Part shown: in pieces, positions 20,204-28,394 of the stretch
How positions within the stretch are numbered: position 1 is the stretch's first letter
Layout: the number at the start of each line of letters is the position of its first letter
Source: Minisyncoccia bacterium
GTDB lineage: Bacteria > Patescibacteriota > Minisyncoccia > Phycocordibacterales > UBA9973
Length of the DNA stretch: 64,000 nt
Assembly (NCBI GenBank): GCA_038323465.1
Contig: JBBQGX010000001.1
Location: 10,980 to 74,979 of the forward strand
Direction of reading: 5' to 3'
Notes under the pieces: generated by a model
The model's input: the letters and a program-made list of their open reading frames with translations, nothing else
Told to the model about the DNA's origin: nothing
Databases searched by the model: none
Position numbers and translations under genes: made by a program

Positions 20204-21705
20204 TTATGTTTACCTTTACTTATAAAGTATTTTTTATTTTCATAAGGCCAAAATAATATATGTGGATCTGCTTTATTACCAAGATTTTTATGATTATTCC
20301 TATATTCTGAATTTTCTAGAAGAAGATTATTTTTAATAGATTCGGCTATATCAATTTTTACTTTTGTTTTTAAATCTTGTCCAAGTTTATTTTCTATATG
20401 AATAAATAACCTCTGGTCCTGATTTTTAGTCATTCTAATTTCAAGTGTACACTTCCCTGTAAAAAATTCGTTAAATTCTTTCTTTAAAAGAACTTTTCTT
20501 ATTGTTTCAGGATAAATATTTGCTCCATAGAAACTAACTGAGAAATCTTCTCTTTCATATATATAAACAAACGGGATTTTCCAAACAGTATCATATATTT
20601 TTACTTTTTTAGCTTCTTTTAGTAGATCTATTCCTGAATTTTTTGCAATATTTATCATTTCCTCATAACTATAAATCCCACCTAAGTCTTTTAGGTCGTA
20701 GCGGAATAATGGCAAACCACTTGAAGATGAACATATAATATTATTATTTACATTTTCAAAATAAAACTGCTCTGGGATGTACTGAGTCAATGTTGGTAAT
20801 TTGTAATTGTTTCCAAATAATTCTGTATAAAACTTATGATTTTTTAAAGCCAAAGTTCTTATTAATACTGATATGGGCGTCTCGTATGATTTAGTCCCAA
20901 TATCAACCGTTCCATAATGATTCAAGGTGTCTTTATAATAGTTCTTTAAATGAGTTTTTTTCGCTATGTAATCTCTGAAATCTTCAGAAAATCCTTCTGC
21001 AGAAAAAATAAATTTAACATTATAGTCTTCCCATTTTAATTTATTTGTAATACTAAAATCAACAAAATCTTTTATGAATGGTGGGTAACCACCGATTATT
21101 ATTTGGTCAAAATATGGAGCAAACTTTTTGAGGGCATTATATATTTCAGTCTTATTAATACCTGGATTTATTATGCTTATTTTATACTTACCTTTTTCAG
21201 AGATATGTTTAATCGCTTGGTAGGTAAATAAACCCCCGATCCAAACCCCCATAGCAAATCCATTTATATACAGAGTTGATTTTTTATCAATATCAAAATT
21301 AGTTAATAGGTACAATTCTGCAGTCAATGCATATTGTAAATCTTGCATATTTGTTCTTGGGAAATAAAAAGGTTCACCAGTTGATCCTGAAGTAGAGGAA
21401 ATAACCCATGAAGTATTATTAAAATCTCCATTCCAACATAAATCTTTTAAATCAGACTTTTTTAAATAAGAATCTTTTGAGATAATAGGTAGGTTTTTTA
21501 TATCAGCAATTTTTTTTATTTCTCTACTATCTACATTTTTTTCTTTCAGTAATTTCTTATATGCAGGAACACAGACTGCCATTTCTTTGAAAAGTCTTAG
21601 TACCGACTCTTCTCCTCTTTTAATCCAGTATTTTTCAGATTTATTCTTGAGATATTTTAAGAATAAATGACTATTTTTGAAATATTTTTCTATTGGATAT
21701 ACCAT
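20188..21705 (-). CDS. PaaK/CapK/F390-synthetase-like adenylate-forming enzyme
   Basis: P-loop SSTSGSTGEPFYFPRT typical of phenylacetate-CoA-ligase-family ANL enzymes. At 505 aa it has an N-terminal extension relative to PaaK. Confidence 0.65.
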   Translation of the reverse strand: MVYPIEKYFKNSHLFLKYLKNKSEKYWIKRGEESVLRLFKEMAVCVPAYKKLLKEKNVDSREIKKIADIKNLPIISKDSYLKKSDLKDLCWNGDFNNTSWVISSTSGSTGEPFYFPRTNMQDLQYALTAELYLLTNFDIDKKSTLYINGFAMGVWIGGLFTYQAIKHISEKGKYKISIINPGINKTEIYNALKKFAPYFDQIIIGGYPPFIKDFVDFSITNKLKWEDYNVKFIFSAEGFSEDFRDYIAKKTHLKNYYKDTLNHYGTVDIGTKSYETPISVLIRTLALKNHKFYTELFGNNYKLPTLTQYIPEQFYFENVNNNIICSSSSGLPLFRYDLKDLGGIYSYEEMINIAKNSGIDLLKEAKKVKIYDTVWKIPFVYIYEREDFSVSFYGANIYPETIRKVLLKKEFNEFFTGKCTLEIRMTKNQDQRLFIHIENKLGQDLKTKVKIDIAESIKNNLLLENSEYRNNHKNLGNKADPHILFWPYENKKYFISKGKHKWVKK

Positions 21706-21717
21706 AAAATTACATGT

Positions 21718-22791
21718 TTATCTATATTTATTTATGATAGATAAACCAATATTTTCAGAAACCATAAACGGAGGTAATTTCTTTTTTTTACTTTCTAAAA
21801 AAATTTTATTTAAAACCATAGCGATCTTATTAATCTTTTTCATCAACCTTTTGTCATTTTGTTTTCCATATACATACTCATCGATTACTGAAATCAAACC
21901 TCCAGAATTTACAATATAGTCTGGGCAATACAATATACCCTTTTTATGCAATTCTTTACCAATCTCTATATCTGTTAATTGATTATTGGCTGAACCAACA
22001 ATAATCTTACACTTTAAATCTTTTATAGATTTATCATTTAAAGCACCAGAGAGTGCACAAGGACAGAATACATCTACTTTTTGTTTGTGAATTTCTCCAA
22101 CTGGAGCTACTTTCACAAATGGATATAATTTCTTTATTTCTTTTAATCTATTTTTATCAATATCAGCAATATAAATATTTTTAGCTCCTCCATTAATCAA
22201 AATCTTAAGAATTTCCATCCCAACTTTTCCTACCCCTTGGATAGCGTAAGAATATTTTTCATATTTTTTATCTTTAAATACATTAAGAAGGGCCACGTCT
22301 AGTGATTTTATGACACCTAATCCTGTAGCTTTTTCTGGATTTGCAACATAACCAACTAAGTATTTAGTATATTTCTTCATGTATTCCAAGTCTCCAACAT
22401 TTAGACCAACATCTGTTCCTGTTACAAATACACCTCCAAGCTCATTTAAACCTTCTGCATAAGCTCTCAATAACTTTTCTCTTGAAAACTTTCCTTTTGG
22501 TTTTACGATTACTGCTTTGGCACCTCCATAAGGTAATCCTGCGAGTGCGCTTTTATAAGACATCAATCTCCCCAAACGTAGAGCATCTCTAAGCCCATCT
22601 TTTTTAGAAGGATAGTCCCATAATCTTGTTGCTCCAAAAGAAGGAAGATTTTTATTTCTTTTATGAACAGCTATATAAGCATCTAATTTTGCTTTTTTAT
22701 CTTCCAAATGAACAACCATAAAATGATTGTTATACTCTGAAAGTGGCAATAAGAATTCTGGTTGAATTATCTTTGTATTATTTTTTTTCAT
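21718..22791 (-). CDS. Glu/Leu/Phe/Val dehydrogenase family (leucine/phenylalanine dehydrogenase-like)
   Basis: Catalytic-lysine region GLPYGGAKAVI. Rossmann NAD domain GVGKVG. The 357-aa length matches Leu/Phe dehydrogenase. Confidence 0.75.
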   Translation of the reverse strand: MKKNNTKIIQPEFLLPLSEYNNHFMVVHLEDKKAKLDAYIAVHKRNKNLPSFGATRLWDYPSKKDGLRDALRLGRLMSYKSALAGLPYGGAKAVIVKPKGKFSREKLLRAYAEGLNELGGVFVTGTDVGLNVGDLEYMKKYTKYLVGYVANPEKATGLGVIKSLDVALLNVFKDKKYEKYSYAIQGVGKVGMEILKILINGGAKNIYIADIDKNRLKEIKKLYPFVKVAPVGEIHKQKVDVFCPCALSGALNDKSIKDLKCKIIVGSANNQLTDIEIGKELHKKGILYCPDYIVNSGGLISVIDEYVYGKQNDKRLMKKINKIAMVLNKIFLESKKKKLPPFMVSENIGLSIINKYR

Positions 22792-23852
22792 ATAGAAAGA
22801 TTATAATGACGAACAATTGATAATTCTTTATTGTTTTCTATTATCTCTTTTATCGCGAAAGTCACTACAACTCCCCCATAAATAGCAGCACTACCAAGTT
22901 GTGACCATGAGACAAGCTCTTTATCCATAACTTTCTTTACTGAAGCAATCATTTTAGGATCAACTTTATCAAATCCTCCTACAATATCATTAATTATGAT
23001 GCCACCAGCATCTTCTTTTGTAATCTTTTTATTCTTTAAATAATTCCAATGTTTAATATCTTTATCAAAAATTTTCTTATAACCTAAATCATAACGTTCA
23101 ATATGAAGTACTACTCCGTCACCATTATCGGTAATCATAATAACAGGAATTTTATATTTATAAGCTAATATACGAACCTCAATTTTCATCAAGATATCAT
23201 CAATCTCTTCTATTATGCAGTCTAACTTTTTATTTTTTAATAAAATTTCAAGATTTATTGTATTAACACCCTTTTTCATAAGTGTTACTTTTGCATATGG
23301 ATTATCCTCATATATACGACGAGAAGCAACGGTTGTTTTATTTAAACCAATCTGATGAACACCAGCTAATATTCTATTTAAATTCGTAGTATCTAAGTTA
23401 TCAAAATCTGCAATTGTTATTGAGTTAGAAATTCCGGCCTGAGTGAGAACAAAAGCGATATTACTACCAACACTCATACCAAAAACACCAACCTTGTAAT
23501 TAGAAAGCTTTTTCTGTTCTTCTTTTGTTATTAGATCTTGATTTCGATTAGTCTTAAGAGTTAAATAATCATTTTTAGTGATAATTTTTACCATAGTGTG
23601 ATTCCATGGGTAGTATACATGCGTATAATTCTTTTCATTAACTTTAACAAAGTTAGCAAAATCATTACTTTTGTAAACCTTTTTCTTATCTTCTCCTATA
23701 AAATGATGATTTTTTATAAAGAAAAGTTCTTTTAATTGAAAAGAAAAAGCATCTACATATGTAGTGTGTGGATTCTTTTTTAGAAAAATATTTACTATTT
23801 TATCATCTTTAAAAAAAATAGGACTATCACTCAAATTATTACTTGTATTCAT
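22788..23852 (-). CDS. ThiF/MoeB/E1-like adenylyltransferase with a ~100-aa N-terminal extra domain
   Basis: Rossmann GxGxxG (VGVFGMSVGS) followed by the E1 motif ADFDNLDTTNLNR. No CxxC zinc pair or rhodanese domain was noticed. Confidence 0.7.
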   Translation of the reverse strand: MNTSNNLSDSPIFFKDDKIVNIFLKKNPHTTYVDAFSFQLKELFFIKNHHFIGEDKKKVYKSNDFANFVKVNEKNYTHVYYPWNHTMVKIITKNDYLTLKTNRNQDLITKEEQKKLSNYKVGVFGMSVGSNIAFVLTQAGISNSITIADFDNLDTTNLNRILAGVHQIGLNKTTVASRRIYEDNPYAKVTLMKKGVNTINLEILLKNKKLDCIIEEIDDILMKIEVRILAYKYKIPVIMITDNGDGVVLHIERYDLGYKKIFDKDIKHWNYLKNKKITKEDAGGIIINDIVGGFDKVDPKMIASVKKVMDKELVSWSQLGSAAIYGGVVVTFAIKEIIENNKELSIVRHYNLSI

Positions 23853-23894
23853 ATATAATTAGATTATACCATAAGGTATAATTATTGTAAAAAT

Positions 23895-24947
23895 TTAAAC
23901 CTCGGATTGTTGCATGGTAATACAGTGAAGGCCACCACCACCATAAATTAATTTTGTACAATCTATTTTTATTATTTTACGATTTGGAAATAATGATTGA
24001 ATTATTTCTATTGCCTTCTCATCATTTGGATCATTAAAAATAGGCATCAAGATAATAGTATTCCCGATGTAAAAATTTGTATATGATACTGGAGCCTTTT
24101 CTCCACTATTATAATTCATATGAGGCATTGGTAATTTAATGACTTTAAATTTATTACCATCTTTATCTGTAGCATTTTCTAATACCTTATAGTTATCATC
24201 CAATATAGAATAATTAGGGTCATTTATATCATCTTCATAAGCACAAACTATAGTATTTTGGCTCACAAAACGAGCTATCTCATCTATGTGTCCATCGGTA
24301 TGATCATTTGTTAGTCCTTCTTTGAGCCAAATAATATTAACTACTCCAAAATAATCTTTTAAATATTTTTCTATTTGAGGTTTTTCAACATTACCATTTC
24401 TATTTGTATTTAGGAGGCATTGCTCTGTTGTTAGAAGTGTACCTTCTCCATTCACTTCTATTGCTCCACCTTCGAGTACTATACCTGTCCTAAATATTTT
24501 ATTTTTTGAGTCATTTAAAATACTATCAAATACTTTATCATCTTTCATTAAGTCAGAAAAATAAGGATCATCTTTTTTGCCATAAGCATTGTAATCCCAA
24601 TTCACATAAGCGAGATCAACTCTCTCTGTACTCCGTAAGGTTATAGGTGTATAATCTCGAGTCCAAACATCAGCATAATCTTTTATAAAAAAGATTACTT
24701 GGGATAAATTTACATTATTATTATTTAAAATATCTTGTATTCGAATTTTTTCTATTTCATTTAAAACTAAAATATTTATAATCTCATTTTCCTCTAGTGC
24801 TTTTACAATATCACAATAAGTTTTTTCAATCTCAGGTATTAATCCTGGAAAAGTCGTATCATCATATGGCCAAGCAAGCCAAGTGGCTGAATGATTTTCC
24901 CATTCTGCTGGCATATAGTAGCCTTGTTCTTTTGGAGTTAATTCCAT
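23895..24947 (-). CDS. aguA: Agmatine deiminase
   Basis: Porphyranase-type agmatine deiminase fold with the C-terminal catalytic signature GGGGLHCITMQQ. Confidence 0.85.
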   Translation of the reverse strand: MELTPKEQGYYMPAEWENHSATWLAWPYDDTTFPGLIPEIEKTYCDIVKALEENEIINILVLNEIEKIRIQDILNNNNVNLSQVIFFIKDYADVWTRDYTPITLRSTERVDLAYVNWDYNAYGKKDDPYFSDLMKDDKVFDSILNDSKNKIFRTGIVLEGGAIEVNGEGTLLTTEQCLLNTNRNGNVEKPQIEKYLKDYFGVVNIIWLKEGLTNDHTDGHIDEIARFVSQNTIVCAYEDDINDPNYSILDDNYKVLENATDKDGNKFKVIKLPMPHMNYNSGEKAPVSYTNFYIGNTIILMPIFNDPNDEKAIEIIQSLFPNRKIIKIDCTKLIYGGGGLHCITMQQSEV

Positions 24948-24948
24948 A

Positions 24949-25818
24949 TTACTTTTTAGAAATTTTATTTGTTATTAATTTATAAGTATCAGGTCTACGA
25001 TTACGCATAAAGCCCCAACTCTCTGATATATAATTATTCATTTCTAAATCTAAAGTTTCAACAACAATCTCTTCTTTATTCTTACTTGCTTTTTTTAATA
25101 TTTTTCCAAAAGCATCAGAAACGAATGATTGACCCCAGAAGTCAGACTTACCCTCTATTCCAGTCCTATTTACGGCTATTACAGGTAGACTATTGGCAAT
25201 AGCATGTCCTCTCATCACAGTCTCCCAGGCATCATGCCAGTCACCTTCTATAGGAATTTCTCCTACTATATTACCTATAGCTGTAGGGTAAAATATCATT
25301 TCAGCACCTCCGAGCTTGGCCATACGAGCAGCTTCTGGAAACCATTGATCAAAACATATCAAAACTGCATAAGTGATATTTTTATGTTTAAATAATCTAT
25401 AACCATTATCCCCTTCAGTAAAATAATCTTTTTCGTAAAATCCTGGATCATGTGGTATATGAATTTTTCTATAAAAGGGTTGTATTTCTCCTTTTTCATT
25501 TAAAACAACAACAGTATTAAAGAATTTACCATTTTTAGCTTTTTCATAAATTGGCAAGATAATAGAGCATCCATATTTTATTGATATAGATTTAAATACT
25601 TCTGTAGATTCGCCTGGAATAGTTTCGGTAAAAGTTGAGATATCTACACCTTTTTTATTTGGGAAATATGGTGTTTTGTATAATTCTTGTAGACAAATAA
25701 TCTCGGCTCCATTTTGAGCGGCAACTTCCACCATATCTAAAGTTTTATCAAGATTTAATTTTAAATCATCGGAAACTTTACTTTGGACTAATCCAATTGT
25801 AATAATTTTTTTCTTCAT
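24949..25818 (-). CDS. aguB: N-carbamoylputrescine amidase (carbon-nitrogen hydrolase family)
   Basis: Nitrilase-superfamily E-K-C triad context (CLQELY ... ICFDQWFPE). It lies adjacent to aguA. Confidence 0.8.
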   Translation of the reverse strand: MKKKIITIGLVQSKVSDDLKLNLDKTLDMVEVAAQNGAEIICLQELYKTPYFPNKKGVDISTFTETIPGESTEVFKSISIKYGCSIILPIYEKAKNGKFFNTVVVLNEKGEIQPFYRKIHIPHDPGFYEKDYFTEGDNGYRLFKHKNITYAVLICFDQWFPEAARMAKLGGAEMIFYPTAIGNIVGEIPIEGDWHDAWETVMRGHAIANSLPVIAVNRTGIEGKSDFWGQSFVSDAFGKILKKASKNKEEIVVETLDLEMNNYISESWGFMRNRRPDTYKLITNKISKK

Positions 25819-25839
25819 GGTGTTTAAAAGCTTTGTAAA

Positions 25840-26862
25840 TTATATATACTTTTTAATTATCTCGTTGGCTTCTGTAGGATTCTTTTTACATTCAAGTAGT
25901 GCTGTCAACATTAGAGGCACCACGATTGTAGCGTCTGATTCTATTACGAACATTGGGGTATCTTTTGTAAGTTTATCCCAAGTAATCTTCTCGTTTGGAG
26001 TAGCACCTGAGTAAGAACCATATGAAGTTGTTGAATCTGAAATTTGGCAGAAATAAGCCCATGGTTTAACATTTTCTACCTCCATATCATACTTGAGAGA
26101 TGGGACTACGCATATAGGGAAATCTCCTGAGATACCACCGCCGATTTGGAAGAATCCGATACCCTCACCTTTTGAAAGTTCTTGGTATTGATCATAAAAG
26201 GCTCCCATGTATTCGATACCCGACTTGGCAATACTGGCACTACATTCACCTATTTTGACATGAGAAGCGAAAATATTTCCAAAAGTTGAATCCTCATAAC
26301 CTGGAACAACAATAGGGATATTATTCTCTGCTGCTGCAAGAAGCCAACATTCTTCTGCTTTACCTTCATGTTCGCTTTTATCTATCTGCTTGATCAAGTC
26401 ATAAAAATATTCATGCCAAAATTTACGAGTACCGTCCTCTGTTGCTTTTTTCCATGTAGGAACAATATGCTTTTCAACTGCACGAAATGCTTCGTCTTCT
26501 GGAATACTTGTATCTGTCACACGACGCATACGATCCTCGAGGATTTTAGTATCGTCTTCTTTTGTAAAATATCTATAGTCAGGAAAATCTTTATAACTAT
26601 CATGAGCTACAAGACGAAAAAGTGATTCTTCTATATTTGCACCTGTAACAGACATACCAGAGATAAGACCTTCACGGATAGCTGGAGCAAGAGTTATTCC
26701 AAGCTGAGCAGATGACATAGCACCACCCATAGCCCAAAACATTTTGCCTCCTTTTTCTATATGTTGCCAATAAGAGATAAGTGCATCTTTTGTTGCACGA
26801 GAATTAAAATTCTTGTAATTTTTTAGAATAAATTCTAATGTAGGTAGATTTGATTTTTCCAT
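25840..26862 (-). CDS. Deoxyhypusine synthase-like protein (DHS / homospermidine synthase family)
   Basis: DHS-family motifs MSVTGANIEESL and a glycine-rich NAD site. Length 340 aa. It is embedded in the polyamine operon. Confidence 0.75.
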   Translation of the reverse strand: MEKSNLPTLEFILKNYKNFNSRATKDALISYWQHIEKGGKMFWAMGGAMSSAQLGITLAPAIREGLISGMSVTGANIEESLFRLVAHDSYKDFPDYRYFTKEDDTKILEDRMRRVTDTSIPEDEAFRAVEKHIVPTWKKATEDGTRKFWHEYFYDLIKQIDKSEHEGKAEECWLLAAAENNIPIVVPGYEDSTFGNIFASHVKIGECSASIAKSGIEYMGAFYDQYQELSKGEGIGFFQIGGGISGDFPICVVPSLKYDMEVENVKPWAYFCQISDSTTSYGSYSGATPNEKITWDKLTKDTPMFVIESDATIVVPLMLTALLECKKNPTEANEIIKKYI

Positions 26863-26907
26863 AATATTTTTAATTATTAATTAGTAATTTTTAATTCTTT
26901 TATTATA

Positions 26908-28293
26908 CTACCAGCCGAAATTTTTACCAATATCTTCAGGAGATTCATGTTTTTTTGCAACTACAACATGTCCATTCTCTACTAAGATTTTCATAGGGGA
27001 CGAAAGCATGCAGTGCTGAGCAGCAAGTGAAGTTTGATATGCACCTGTGTCATAAACAACTATATACATGGGTCCCTCACTAATATCATTAGAGTCAAAT
27101 TCAGGTAGTGTAACAACTCCATCAACTCCCGTATAGATATCATCGGAATCACAAGATGAACCTGCAAGCCATACATCGGTCAAATCCCCATCCCTCTTAT
27201 TATTTACAGGTGAAATAGCCCATTTTTGCCCTATAGCCCAAGTATCAAGGAGATCATTCATAAAGCTACCATCTATCACATACCATTTTTTAGCAGGACT
27301 TTTCTTATTATTAATAGGTTTTGTATTTATAACTTTAAAGACTGAAATTTGAGCAGGAGCAACTATATAGCGACCCCATTCACAAACAAGATTTGGATGT
27401 GGAAGTTCTCTTTTTTCAGATTCTTTTTTAATAAGTTCAAAAATTTTCTCCATCAATTTATCTACAGGGTAGCCTTTGGTCCTCATATATGGTATTGGCA
27501 TACCTCCACCGATATCAAGAGTATCGAGAGATGGATTCTTTTCTTTTAATTTGAAAAAAACATCTAGTGCGTATTTAATTGGTCCAATCACATCAGAAAG
27601 TTTTTCAATTTGAGATCCAATATGATAGTGGAGTATTTTCAAATTTTTAAAAGTACTCATATCAAGAATTTCTTTGGCAGAAAACCCAAAACGATCAATA
27701 GGTTTATTCCAATAAGAACTAGCCTTGATAGGCATGTCTAGGCGGATACCGACATCGTATTTTGAATATTGTAAAAATTTAAGTTCATTGGGTCCTTCAA
27801 TGAGTGGGAAAATTTTAACACCTTTGTGTTGCAGGTCGTCAATCAGATTGATGTAATTATCGGTTTTTGGACCAGAGCAAAGAATACGGATATTCGGATT
27901 GAAAGTCTCTTGATCAAGCATTTTCTTGACCATCCAAAGTTCATTGTACGAAGAAGTCTCCAAATGAGCTCCTTCACCAACAATAGACATAACTATTTCT
28001 TTACTTTGGTTTACCTTCATCGGATAATGATAAAAGAATTTACCCTTATATCCAACTTTCTTTGAAAGTGCAGCAGCTAAATCAAGAAAGTCTTCTAAGC
28101 GTTCTTCTATCACAAAAGGCATCAGTATCTCTAGTGATGTCCCAAACTTTTCGGCTAAATATTTAACATTATAAATATTGTGACCTTCTTTAATTATGAG
28201 ATCTCCCTCCTTATTAAAATCAAAATACTGAGTATTGAAATCATTGACACCAAGCTTCCAAAGTTTCTTGGAAGCGATTGAACGTTTAGTCAT
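26908..28293 (-). CDS. PLP-dependent fold-III decarboxylase, probably arginine decarboxylase feeding the agmatine route
   Basis: PLP-lysine motif YHYPMKVNQ. TIM-barrel plus beta-sandwich architecture of Orn/DAP/Arg decarboxylases. It sits first in the operon with aguA/aguB. Confidence 0.7.
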   Translation of the reverse strand: MTKRSIASKKLWKLGVNDFNTQYFDFNKEGDLIIKEGHNIYNVKYLAEKFGTSLEILMPFVIEERLEDFLDLAAALSKKVGYKGKFFYHYPMKVNQSKEIVMSIVGEGAHLETSSYNELWMVKKMLDQETFNPNIRILCSGPKTDNYINLIDDLQHKGVKIFPLIEGPNELKFLQYSKYDVGIRLDMPIKASSYWNKPIDRFGFSAKEILDMSTFKNLKILHYHIGSQIEKLSDVIGPIKYALDVFFKLKEKNPSLDTLDIGGGMPIPYMRTKGYPVDKLMEKIFELIKKESEKRELPHPNLVCEWGRYIVAPAQISVFKVINTKPINNKKSPAKKWYVIDGSFMNDLLDTWAIGQKWAISPVNNKRDGDLTDVWLAGSSCDSDDIYTGVDGVVTLPEFDSNDISEGPMYIVVYDTGAYQTSLAAQHCMLSSPMKILVENGHVVVAKKHESPEDIGKNFGW

Positions 28294-28394
28294 TTTCTTA
28301 TATCAGGCATTTGTATACCCGTAATAACAAATAATAATAACATGACATATCATAACAAAATGAACGGATTTGTAAAGGAAATTATATAAATATA

